NCBI GenBank assembly: GCA_010015805.1
Contig: ML978121.1
Location: forward strand, 1,736,001 to 1,800,000
Length of the DNA: 64,000 nt
Direction: 5' to 3'
Origin: Rhizodiscina lignyota
Lineage: Eukaryota
The translations under genes were made by a program, and so were the position numbers. Every line of letters starts with the position of its first letter. The stretch's first letter is position 1. Shown here piece after piece: positions 34,717-46,786 of the stretch. The notes beneath the pieces were generated by a model, which made no database searches, was not told the DNA's origin, and was given only the letters and a program-made list of their open reading frames with translations.

Positions 34717-35430
34717 TCAGTCTTGCAGTAATTTCAGCACAGTCTCTTTCAAAACAGAATTCTTACGCAGGTTTTCGTTCTCTGCGTGCAAGCGAGCAAT
34801 CTCAGCATCTCGCTCGGCTAAGGTGGCATTTAGCGAGACAACTCGCGCTCCTAGGCTATCCACACGGTCATCACGCAGGTTTTCGTTCTCTGCGCGCAAG
34901 CGAGCAATCTCAGGGTCTCGCTCGGCCAAGGTGGCCTTCAACGAGGCAACTCGCGCCCGAAGGCTGGCCACACTCTCCACATCGTTATCCGCCTCTTCCA
35001 GTGTATCTGCACGAGCGCGCTTTTTGGCCTTAGAACAGGCCGAAGATTTCCAAAGACAGCGGGCACAAGCACCACCAAGCTTCTCGCCCCTAGTATTGGC
35101 AGCAGCAACCGCTGCTGCTGTGAAGACCTCACAAACTTGACCAGCAGTGTTGCATTTATCACAGGGCTCTGCTGCTACCTCCCCTTCTCCTCCCTCACTA
35201 ATTCGGCCGGAGTGAGAGACCTTGCGGCGGCGATCGTTGCTTGCATAACCCTCCCACGCGCCCTGGGACACGAAGGAGGGCTTGACGAGCGGCGCAGGAT
35301 GCGGGCCCTTGCGGGAAGAGGGCTTTGAGGGCTTCTTCGGTGCTGCTGGTACTGGTGCTGCTCGCAGCGGGATTGTCGTAGGGTTGATGGTGGTGATGTT
35401 GGCGGTAGCTCGTTTACACGCCCCACACGT
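34717..35430 (-). CDS. Orphan with a Zn(II)2Cys6-like cysteine cluster, NLS and repeated coiled coil. Last exon shown; the 5' exons are uncertain (candidate ATG at 35701)
   Basis: The frame is open for 237 codons from an AG acceptor at 35431-35432. C-x2-C-x6-C-x21-C-x2-C-x6-C, then KAKKRAR, then heptad repeats. Confidence 0.65.
   Translation of the reverse strand, partial: TCGACKRATANITTINPTTIPLRAAPVPAAPKKPSKPSSRKGPHPAPLVKPSFVSQGAWEGYASNDRRRKVSHSGRISEGGEGEVAAEPCDKCNTAGQVCEVFTAAAVAAANTRGEKLGGACARCLWKSSACSKAKKRARADTLEEADNDVESVASLRARVASLKATLAERDPEIARLRAENENLRDDRVDSLGARVVSLNATLAERDAEIARLHAENENLRKNSVLKETVLKLLQD
34765..34975. repeat. Tandem duplication with a 108-bp period (36-aa coiled-coil unit)
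   Basis: ACGCAGGTTTTCGTTCTCTGCG(T/C)GCAAGCGAGCAATCTCAG starts at both 34765 and 34873. Confidence 0.9.
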
Positions 35431-36019
35431 CTAATCCATATGTAAGTCAATGTAAATCTGCTAGAGAATGCATAGTTATACTTTAGCTGGGCAAGTCCGT
35501 AATCTTCCTCCTTGACAGAGCACGAATGTTGAAATGAGTTGATTAAGGAAGGATGCTCTCTGGGATGTGCTAGGTTATATACAGGAGAGCACTAATTACG
35601 CCACAATCACCCCCTAACACTCCTGTTCTCAAAATCATACTGGAGGTGCTGGAGGCGCTGAAGGTGCTGCTGGCGACGACAGCGGATTGATTGGAGTCCA
35701 TTGCGGCGCGATTACTTTATAAATATGTAGGAGGACATGGGGCGTGAGCGTGACACGGATAGACCCTGAAATGCACCTTTGAAGCTTTATCCCAGCAACT
35801 GATCACTCAGCGTCATAACCATTCACACGCCCTTAAACACTTCATACCTTCTGCCAAGATATGGTAGATCGCTTTTGGGTGCGGCAAGAGTCTTTGAGCG
35901 CTCCATTCACTTGTTCGTAAGAACAACAATGCCCAAGCCTCCCATAACAAAACACTCAGTCGGAGTGCGTCCGCGAACGGCGACTACTCCACGAATATCA
36001 AAGAAACGGTATCATACGT

Positions 36020-37714
36020 ATGTCTTCTCGTAAACCGTACATGAAGTTGCGAAGAAAAGTTATTATTCCGTCTGCCAGGAAATCAACCTCGCGAAAAGAA
36101 CAAAAGGCGCAGCTTGCAGCCTCGAAGATGGCAGATCTCGATATTGACGACGATGCCCGCTTCGAAGAGCTCTCCGACGACGATGAAGCTTCCGGCCTTG
36201 TAGAAGCGCCACACGCAGAGACTCCACGGTCTCCCGCAGTACCTGCACTGTACACCAGCCTTCCGCCGCTCCGCGATTCTCTCGTCACCGAATCCTCGAG
36301 GCTGTTGGATCAGACTGCAGCAGAATGCATGCCCTACCTCACACTCACCAAGTTCAAAACCAGAGATCTGAATTCTCATGGCCTTCAGAAGTTGCGACGG
36401 GCGAGGCATATTGAGTTCGCCAATGACAGTTTGGAGGAATTGCCAGGTTACATGGTCGTGTTGGACGCGAGCAGACCTTGGATGGGATACTGGGGGATAG
36501 CCGCTCTGAGCATGCTTAGAGTGGATCTTGTAGAGGAGGGGTATCGAGAGAGAACGGTCGACACGTTCAGAGCATGCCAGAACGAGAGCGGAGGCTTTGG
36601 CGGAGGCCACGGTCAATACTCCCACCTGGCTTGCTCGTACGCGGCGGTGCTCAGTCTCGTTGCTGTCGGCGGGGAAGCGGCATACGAGACGATCGATCGA
36701 AGGGCGATGTGGCGTTGGCTGGGCCGCATGAAGCAGCCCGATGGAGGATTCACGGTGTGCGAAGGAGCTGAAGAGGACGTGCGTGGAGCTTTCTGCGCCA
36801 TGGTCCTTTGTTCACTGCTTAATTTGCCTCTCGAACTTCCACCTGAAGAGATGGATAGAGTGGGAGGCGATGGAACACTGCTGAGTGGACTCGGCGAGTG
36901 GATATCAAGATGTAAGGGATCTCATATAACGGTAATCGTCCGCATTTAACTCACAGATGCCAGGCCAGACGTTCGAGGGCGGCTTATCCGATGCACCTAA
37001 TCACGAAGCACACGGAGCGTATGCGTTTTGTGCTCTTGGATGTTTGTGCATACTTGGTCCTCCCCATGAAACGATCCCGAGGTAGCACATGCCTATACTA
37101 CCCTCTTCTTACCGTAACTAACTAGCCGTAGATACCTAAACGTTGACAATCTCCTTTCGTGGCTGTCCCACCGACAGGCAGTTCCAGAAGGTGGCTTTGC
37201 AGGCCGCACGAACAAGCTGGTTGATGGCTGCTACAGCCATTGGGACGGTGGCTGCTGGGCATTGGTTGAAGCAGCCCTTGCATCTCGTGGATTCGGAGGC
37301 AGCAGCTCTTTAGATAGCCTATGGGACAGGGAAGGCTTGCTGCGGTATATCCTATGCTGCGCCCAAAATGAGTGGGGGGGTCTAAGAGACAAGCCCAGCA
37401 AGTCCGTCAACACTTCAAACCTCACCGCTCAAGCAACTAGCTGACATGTTTACAGAAACCCAGATGGGTATCACACATGCTACAACCTTGCTGGCCTCAG
37501 CTGGGCACAAAACTACCATGTATGGAATGCAGAAAAGGAGGACATCGATATGACGGCGCCGTTATCTGCACCGTTTAGCTGGAGCACAACGGAGAAGCCG
37601 GATTTGCCATGTGACGAGGAGGACCGCGTCGCTCCTATGCATCCGATCTACGTCATTCCGCACGAGAAGGCGACAGAGGCGAGGAATTATTTCCTGAATA
37701 GGGTGGGATTCTGA
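36020..37714 (+). CDS. RAM1: Protein farnesyltransferase beta subunit; 4 exons
   Basis: LDASRPWMGYW, GGFGGGHGQYSHLACSYAAV, CQTFEGG..EAHGAYAFC, GRTNKLVDGCYSHW, GGLRDKP and DGYHTCY. The start may be the Met at 36128. Confidence 0.93.
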
Positions 37715-37992
37715 TGCGGCACGAAAAGGGGTTGTATTAGGAGAGAATAAGCAGATGTCGGAGCGAAAATGGATATGTCCTTGACTAATCTTGAACGGTT
37801 AGGCTGCGCCTATTGGTTTTCCAAGAGCCATCCGGCAGTAAGCGGAGTTTGACTCCAATGGCACCACTTATCACGTTCCAGCAGTGAGATTGTAGCTTCA
37901 TCTTGATATTCCAAAAGCCGACGGCTCGTTTCTTCCTAAGATTTACGACAACGGTCTCGTGGCCGGTAATGGGCAGACTCGAGGTCGAGGGT

Positions 37993-38355
37993 CTAAGAAT
38001 CCCAATAGACTGTCATCGGGGGCCCCTTCACCAGTGGCTTCACAACCTGCCTCAGCGCATCGTGTGCTGCGTCACCCTCGTCGTAGTATTTCATGTCCTC
38101 CAAATTTGCAAAGGTCGTATGGGATGCGAGCGTGAAACCTTGGTTGCGCGGGTCGTCGTAAATTCTCCTGGCATTCACGGAGACCATGTACGGCTTGCCA
38201 TCCTGTGAGCAGGCCTTGTCAGCTTCATTCTACCCGTCATTGAATCTCAAGATGATCACCTTTGCGCTGTCGGCTTTCATTACTTCGTACTGCGCCAGGA
38301 CCTTTTCGATGTCCTCCTCGTTCAGCTTAAACATAGTAACGCGAGTGATGGTCAT
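37993..38355 (-). CDS. Stress-responsive alpha/beta-barrel (Dabb) domain protein; 2 exons
   Basis: MTITRVTMFK..AK|DGKPYMVSV..DPRNQGFT..TTFANLEDMKYYDEGDAAH; intron at about 38203-38259. Confidence 0.85.
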
Positions 38356-41157
38356 TTTGGCGGATGTGAACGAAAATGCACGATTGAGATGGCAAGGCCG
38401 AAGGAGTCTGAGATGGCTCGAGGCTCGCAATCTCAATTGAAGCACAGAGCTGCCGAACATGTAATCACAAGCAATTGGGGGTAAGCATTGCTCCCGGAAA
38501 GCGATGGCAGCTTGTGAAGTGCCCGTCTGGACTCTGGTGGGGGCAGCAGAAGCTCCAGCCCTCGGCGAAAGCAAACGCCGACGAACAATCAAGGCGCTCC
38601 TCCCGGTGCTGGGCTGGCAACTGTTAATTACTATCCCCAACTTGACGACACGGAGAGCACGACAATTTCATCTGGGCTTCCTGGAGATTACCCTTTCACG
38701 TGCCATTTTGACGCTGGAAGGCATCTGACTCTCTGGTTTTGTTACGAGATCATCTCAGAAGCCAAGTTAGCCGCCCTCTCGTCGCCCTCTCACCGCCATT
38801 GCACCTTTTGCAAGGGACCCCAGAACTACAGCGGCTCTCAGCATGAGCAACACAACATCCTCACCTCCCAAATGGTCCCGAGTTGCCGTCTCGGGGTTAG
38901 AAGAGACGTCGGCATCGACAAAATTCGGCTTTGAGAGCGACAGCTCTGGCGCGGCCTATATCGGCGGGGCGTACATTCATCCAGCGGAATGACTCGTGAT
39001 GCTGCCCATCTGCATACTGCAGCTTGTAGGCTCCGTCGCTGCTCGAGCGTCCAAGCGCAGAGAAGAGACAGACATGTTTGCTGCTCATACCTCACCGGTC
39101 GATGCGTCGACTGCGGGGACGGCAAGGATGGTATGCGGGTGATTTGGGACCGTTTTTATGGTGGCTTCCTATGCGTCCGAAGCGGCGTTGATGTCTCAAA
39201 AAGCGTGCCTGAGATGCTCCCATCTTGGGATGAACATTCGACTTCCAGCCAGCAGCGATCAGCCAGCTTGTTTTTGACCTTTTCTTGACCGGCCGGAGGT
39301 TCTTCAGATAATCAATCCAGCGACTGCTGCTGCTTGACCCATTCTGGTTGAGGTGGCCGGCGACAGCACGTCAAGCGGGAGTTGACAACGCAGAGGTGCA
39401 TAAAGCATGGGCTGGCCAGGGTTGTTGTCATACACAACACACTTCGCTCCATCGCAAGTGTACGCAACAAGATCCAACGATGCCAATCCGGCGGGCGACT
39501 AAGCGTGCTAATTACGTCGCACCATTCAACCGTCATCAAGCCACCGCTTGCTGCAACTCCCTAGGCCTTGGGGACACCTGTCAACCTCCCCTCCACTTAA
39601 TCCACCCTTCAAGCGCGATGGCCGCGTCTCGAGAGCCACGAAAACGGAATAGCCGGATGGCGCTGATGAGATTGCTCTTCTACTCCTCCGTCGTGATTCG
39701 ACACGGCTCAACGGCGTGCATCTGAAGTCTGTGGGCTGTTGGTACAGCCGTAGCTCGTCTGCAATCTTATGCTCGCTACAGATGTCCTTTTTCGCATATC
39801 ACCCAGCCCGATATTGGAGATCTTCTGAGCAGTTGCATATCTGAAAGACTGACGTGCGTTAGCAGCCGGGAGGATGAGAGCATCCTACGCCTGGATTCGA
39901 CATCTCTAGGCAGATCTCGGCCTGGCAAAATGTCTATCAGCGTTGGATATCATTGAGTTACATCATATGCAAGAAAATTCCGCAGGGCTAGCGAAGAGTT
40001 CGCCATCTGCATCCGCCACTCGCTTGCATGGGCTAGCGTACCCTTGCGCAGCAGTTGTCGGGAAAATTGTCTGGAAGCTCGTACCTCACATTTCGTTGGA
40101 CATCTGGATCGGCGGCCTTGTCCTGTGCCTTGCGGAGTATGCGGAGCCTGCTATCAAAGTAGCTTCCATTCTGGACCTCTCTCCACTGGTCAAAATGGAC
40201 GCCAGCGCATCAATGTGTGGGCCATCCTCGGAGAGCCTCAGCTTTGCTTGCATGATTTCCCAGTGTACTGGCCAATGTCTCTCCACTTCAACGTCCCAAT
40301 CTCAGTTTCGTTTTCCATTGCTGTTACTATCTGACTCTAACCTCCCGCGATAAATTGTTGTAGGACATCCCCTACATTCCAGTCTCTTCAGCAGCATATC
40401 CATTTTCATCTCCGCTTGCAGCCCTAGAATCTCCGGCATTGCCTTGCCACCTCCCCGGAACATCTCATCCCACATACCATTGACCAGGTCCACCACTGCC
40501 CAAAGGTCGATCAGCAATATTCCAGCACGAGCATTGAGTCGTACAACAGCAACCACGGCTCGGGCCGCCAATATCAGGCCTCAACGTTGAAGAGCGTGCC
40601 CGAACCTGTCATCGCCGACAAATATACCGTCGCCATTCGCACCACTCACACTTCCATATCCATATTCTTTCCATCCTGGGTAACCAATTGCGTTGCAATC
40701 ATGTTCTACATCATGTACCTGACGAGTAAGGACCCAATTTCCTCCATTGGACTTCTTACACATGCGTTGGAATCATGTACAGACATGTCGTGCGAGCGTG
40801 TCGTCTTCAAGGCCTCTTAAAATTTTCGTTCTGCAATGCAGACAACAACTGGGACCACTGAACATGATTTTCGCACACTGCTTCTTGAGGTCATCACATC
40901 ATCATCTGCTCGCCGTACCAATTAATTCTCCTGTCATCCCAATCTAACAATGGCGTTCCACAGGTCTCTGCCAGCGTCGGCACTGGCCAGAACCAATATT
41001 CGAATGCTCTCGCTCGCGACGCGGTTGGGTATGCACAGTACGTGTCAATAACCGCGAATACACGTCAGACACTGGATATGAGAGCGAATCGTTAGCCCGT
41101 GAGGCTGCTGCCACCCGAGCCTACGCCATCTGCCGCGACTTCTCAGTCAACGACGGC

Positions 41158-41493
41158 ATGTACCCAGGTCAACGTCAGGGACAACCGGGCGTCGTACAGG
41201 GGCTTCCGGTGGCCATTGGTACAGGCAGGAGAAGCAGAAAGAGTTCGCAGCAATACTATGATTCTCCGACACCCGAATACCACGAGTCACCGTCATCAAG
41301 CATGTACGTGGACAGTGGTAGCCGAGGCAGTAGTCCCAGGAGCAGTGACAGTGGCCTTGAAACAAGCAGTAGGAGGTCAAGCAAGTCGTCTGCTTCACCA
41401 ACATACTATATGTGTGGCTGTGGCAGAGGCACATCTCGGTCGGCCTATGAGCGATGCTCATACTGCGCTCAAGAGACAGGACGTTGGTATTAG
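41158..41493 (+). CDS. Possible small Ser-rich orphan protein with a C-terminal CxC...CxxC motif
   Basis: 111-aa ATG-initiated ORF with protein-like composition, ending YYMCGCGRG..ERCSYC. No homolog recognised. Confidence 0.4.
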   Translation: MYPGQRQGQPGVVQGLPVAIGTGRRSRKSSQQYYDSPTPEYHESPSSSMYVDSGSRGSSPRSSDSGLETSSRRSSKSSASPTYYMCGCGRGTSRSAYERCSYCAQETGRWY

Positions 41494-42410
41494 CCGAGGA
41501 TCCGTTACCGGATTGGAAGCCTGCCAATCAAAATGCTTGGAAACTTACGTACGCGATTCATCAGAGGTTCATACGCCACATGTCTTATCTGCCGCATCCT
41601 ATTATCTGCGAGGACTCATATTCGGCCCAATACGATTCACGAATAACGACTAATGCCTGGCCACGACTTACCGATTCATTTTTGGGTGGCCGTCTGTAAA
41701 TTCGGACAACTCGATTTCTCTGTATGGATTTCCTCATCATAGCGATGGCTGTCGGGTTGCGTTTCATCGCCCTTCGTCCGCACTAAGGGCATTCATTCAT
41801 CATTCTTCAAAAAGGAGGTCTTTTGCTTCATTCCAACTTCTGTAGTTGGCTCGTAATGACTGCTCATCGGTGACATCCTGAGCAATGGAAGTGTAAACGT
41901 GTTTAACGAAACCATAGAAAATAAATCGACGAGTCGTACATGCAAGCGGGCCTGCTGGTATTTTTTTCTCTGTGCTATATGGATTCACCTGTTCCAAATC
42001 AAAGCAGTGATAGCCATTTGTCTCCAGGGTTTCAGCACTTTGTGTCTTTCACTGGCAGTGTCGTTCCAATGTCCTGCATTCTACCACCCCATCTCCGCAT
42101 ATGGGTTTCTTACGACGGAGCTAGTTTCTAACAGGGGAACAGTCTATTGGCCCACTCTATCATAATCATCTCCAGCACTTCTAAGAAGCTTCTGCCTATC
42201 TGTGAGTTTATATTCGAGGTTGTCGGAGAGCCTGCCTTGAAACATTTGCTTCTTATTGCGAATTTATCTCAGAAAAGAGACGACGTTATAGATCTCATTC
42301 GCTCACGAGAACCTAGCTCCATCCTATTCAGAAGCGCAGGTTGAATCTATGAAGGGGTCCAGAAAGGTGATCGAGCACCGACTCACCATGCAACGAGGAT
42401 TTTTGGAGTG

Positions 42411-43819
42411 TCATAGCGGCTTCTGTCCATAAACAACAGGTCTACCACCACAGGTCAGCCCAAACGAAGCCGAAGCGTATACAATTTACTCACATCCTGA
42501 AGTACGCGTGGATTCTTCTGTCGCGCATGTCAGCCCGCACCTTCGCCACAAAAACATCAACCTCGTCCTTGCTCCATGCAAGGCCTCGCGTCATCAGTGC
42601 CAAACTAAACCCCGCCAATCCTTGCAACATGTTCACCTCGTTCCATTTTCCAATCTCCTTGAGCTTGGGATCCCTCGGCCATGTATTCGTGGGCCAGATA
42701 AACTGCCTTTCCGTAACCTCGGTGAAGCCTACTTTACCCATCCACTCTGCGTAGTGATCCGCAACGTCCATTGGCCTACCAAGAGCAGCGGCAGCGCGGA
42801 GCATGACTTGGTTCCACTGTTCAAGACTTGTACCAGCGTAACTCTCGTCTGGTGCCTCACACGGGAGTATGTAATCCTGTAGCTCAAGCCAACCGCCAGG
42901 TGCTAGAGCGTCATAGCAGGATTGGATCACAGTTGGCCAGTTCTTGAATGACCCGGCGAGGAGCCGCACGTGAATGAAATCGAATTTCTGACGAAAAAGC
43001 CAAGGATCCTCAGCATCATCGATGACGAATTCCAGATTCGGTGGCACGAATGCTGGCTGAGTCGGCGATAGATCAGTCCCGATTACTCTGCAAGACGGGT
43101 GCAGGTCGGCAAAGTCGATCGCCCATATGCCTGTGCCAGTTCCGATGTCTAGGGCATTCTGCAAATTGGGATTGATTGGAGCGAAGTACAACCTGTTGTC
43201 AAAGGTCATGTTGAATATGTGATGTTGGAGATCCAGCCTGTCGATTTCTCGCTCGTCGTCTAGGAATACAGACCGTTAGCATGCTGCCAATTTGAAAATC
43301 AGAACGATTCTCTTTAGCAATCAACAGTCACAATTGGATGTTGCATAGCTTCGAATTGCTCGACTTACTCGGCAGAAAATACGCGCCATCTTTATACGCT
43401 TCTTGAGCATTAGCCTTGGTGTCGGTCTGCAGTGGCTTTTCTTTGATTTACCATGATATGTCCGCCCATGCTCCCTGCGATACGAGAAGATGCTCGACGC
43501 CAGAGATGTGGTCGTCGTCCGACTGAGGTAGGACAGTTAGTCCATAGAATTGCAATGTAGTTTGTAGACCAACGCACGCATCGTCGTCCCCAAACGCAGA
43601 ATCACTCTCAGTCTGCAATGTCAATCAGTTCTCCAGACAAAAAGGAAAGATGCCTGCCAAATAACTGGCGCAGATGGCTCGTGGAAGTGGCGTAATGTGT
43701 CGCGAGTCATTTTACGCCAATCGGGGCAAGCGTGACTTACTTACATCGATCTCCAAGGGATTTGGTCCTTCCACAGCAGCTTGTGTTTGCTCTCCTTCTC
43801 CCGCCTGTACATCTGCCAT
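42411..43819 (-). CDS. Class I SAM-dependent methyltransferase (LaeA-like/Methyltransf_23); multi-exon
   Basis: SYRREHGRTYH, DEREIDRLDLQH, LDIGTGTGIWAIDFAD, GTDLSPTQP, FDFIHVR, PGGWLELQD and last exon VVYGQKPL*. Confidence 0.9.
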
Positions 43820-44594
43820 CGTCGTTATCGTGGCCACACTTGTATCAAGTGCTCGCAAAACACGCTGGCTTGAGCTTGACCTGATCGGCGAGTGGCAGGT
43901 TCAAGTACTGCTCTCACGTACCCAGCAAGGTGGATACGTGCAGGACGCCCAGCCGACTCATCACTGCTCTGTTTGTTCACATACATGATATTTCGTATTA
44001 CCCTCCTTTGTGTCATAAACAGCCAGGAGTTTCCTGCAGATTGTTTCGGTATCTCCCTCCGTCCCGATGTCTTCGGCAGCGTTGGCATTCAGAATGGGAA
44101 TGCCTGCAGCTACGCGAGAATACCCACGATCCGATCAATCATCAGAGAGCGATGTAGAAATCCCTGCTGCAGCTCTCAAATCTCCACTCGGTTTGCTATC
44201 CTGATGGAGTGGTTGAAAATGCCGTCAATACGTCGCACGAAATAGCCACCTTTGTGTACGTGTGCGCCTCAACTCGCCTTGCTTCCGCTCCTGGCCAAGC
44301 AATTCACTTGTAAAACGCCTCAATCCCTTTCCTTGCACCGTGTTGCTTGCCATATCGTTAAGGCCCGCGGGCGATCGAACCTCTCTTCCGCGGCCAAGAA
44401 CGAGCACGTACGCAGCTTTCCTTCACTGATCCCTCCTCAATCGGACCTCTGAAGTATTTGATGCTTCCCAGAACCACCACCTTGGTTCTCAATATTCCAG
44501 CAACCTGGACTCTGGCTCTTTGACGTGTTTCAGCACATTCTCCCTGCATGACTTTCCCTCGAATAGCCAACACGAAAAGCGCTATTGGACCAAA

Positions 44595-46265
44595 ATGATG
44601 TCGTATTCGATCCTCTTCCTTTCACTCTTCGTCACTCTCTACTTCATTCATCGGGCCAGGACATACCGTGCTCTCGCTCAATTTGGAGGACCATGGTCAA
44701 CAGGCTGGTCACGCCTTTGGCTCCTTCGAGCCACCGCCTCGGGGATCATGCAGTCTTATTTCAAGGATGTCAATGATCGTTTCGGTAGGACAAAGGCTTA
44801 CCTAGGTTGAACAAGAGCGCGTGTTTGCTTAACATTCATTAGGTTCGACAGCACGAGTCGGTCCCGAGATTCTAATCACATCCGATCCCTTGCTCATCCG
44901 TCGCATGAGTGCCGTGCGCAGCTCGTACACCCGTGCGAAATACTACAAAGCACTCCGCCTCCATCCTACACGGGATAATATTACGACACTTCGAGATGAG
45001 AAAGCCCATGACGAGCTCCGGGCGAAGATGGCTCCTGGGGTGAGCAGCGCGGAAATTTTGTACACTGTATTCAACGTGTGAATTTCTAATGCACCCCACA
45101 GTACTCCGGGAAAGAGAATCAGGGCCTTGAGGCGACCATCGATGTGCGGGTCCGGCGGCTGATTGCCCTCATCAAATACTCCTATGTGACTACCTCGACG
45201 TCGTATCGCCCACTCGACCTTGCTCGCGTTGTGAGCTTCTTCACGCTTGACACCATTTCCGATGTCGCTTTCGGCAAGCCATTCGGTTTCCTCGATCGAG
45301 ACGATGATCCATTCGGCTACATTACACAGCTAAAGAGCATGCTTCCAGCCATGATGTCTTTCAGTGTCTATCCCGAAATGCAAACCATCATGCAGCTTCC
45401 ATGGATGCAGCTCCTCCTGCCAAAAGTGACCGATGCTATCGGCTTTGGCAAAGTTATGGGTTTCGCTCGCGATGTTGTAGCCGAGAGGTTCCCCTTGCCT
45501 GGCTTCGACGAGCCGCAGGTTGTGCGAAAGGACATGCTAGGCTCCTTCAAGGAACACGGCCTTACCCAAGAGCAACTCGAATCAGAGACCTTGACACAAA
45601 TCACTGCGGGCTCCGATTCCACGGCCACGGCCATCCGGATGACGTTATTCCACATCCTCACTTCCCCAGGCTCTTTGAATCGCCTCCTTAACGAATTGGA
45701 CGCGGCAGGCTTCCCGTCACCTTCGATGTCGGCCTCAGACGAGGGGATCTCCATAATCCCTGACAGTGAAGCTCGACGCCTACCATATCTCCAAGCATGC
45801 ATCAGAGAAGGTTTACGACTCTACCCTCCGGTAACTGGACTGATGTCCAAGCAGACGCCACCTTCGGGGGACACCATTCCCGTCCGCTACCCAGACGGCA
45901 CTACAAAGGACGTATTCGTCCCTGGTGGCGTCTCCATCGGCTGGAACACGTATGGCATGCTACGATCTAAGCATCTTTTCGGCGATGACGCGGAAACATG
46001 GCGTCCAGAGCGCTGGCTAGACGGAAACGAGAACCAGGAGCTTATTCAAGCTGTCGATCTTGTGTTTGGCTACGGCAGGTTCGGGTGCTTGGGGAGGTCA
46101 GTGGCAATGTTGGAGCTGAATAAGGCAGTTCCAGAACTGGCGAGGAGATTCAGCTGGCAGGTCGTGAATCCGGAGAAACCGTGGGGAGGAATTTGTGCTG
46201 GATTTTGGCTTCAAGAAGACATGGGCTTTGTGGCGAGGGAACGATGGGCTGATGATGGGCATTAG
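44595..46265 (+). CDS. Cytochrome P450 (pisatin demethylase/benzoate hydroxylase-like); 3 exons
   Basis: N-terminal TM, I-helix AGSDSTAT, EGLR (ExxR), RPERW and heme motif FGYGRFGCLG. Confidence 0.93.
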
Positions 46266-46786
46266 ATGAAAAGTATACGGCACTGGATGCGGAAATGGAG
46301 TGGATTTTGGTCAAGCTGAAAGGTTGAGTCTAATGGCCGTGGATTTTCTTTTATTTCGCCTTCAAAAGTCTTTAATTCTTGGGATGGGATCGAGGCCAGT
46401 TCGGGGATTTTAATGCGTACGGAGCCACTGGAGCATCGGAATCGGGCGGAAATACACAGTGGCGGACTTTCTTAATATGCAGCAGATTCCTTTGGATGCA
46501 GCAAGCAATTGTACAGCAGCAGTAAAATGACAACTCATGCGATGCTTCATCTTGCAAAATTTAACTCTTTAAACCAAGGACTAAAGGGACGTCCCAAGGT
46601 CGTCTGGCTGCTCATTCACGATTTCGGGAACTTCTCCGCCAAGATTCGGGCCGAGCCGGTTGGCCTGGCAACGAGTTCATTATTTACGCTTCTGGAAATG
46701 CCCCTCCCATCTCCAATTCAACCCGTGTCTGATTTCCGTGGCAGCCGTCTTCACTTCTCTTCACTTCAAATGGTACAAAGGCCAGT

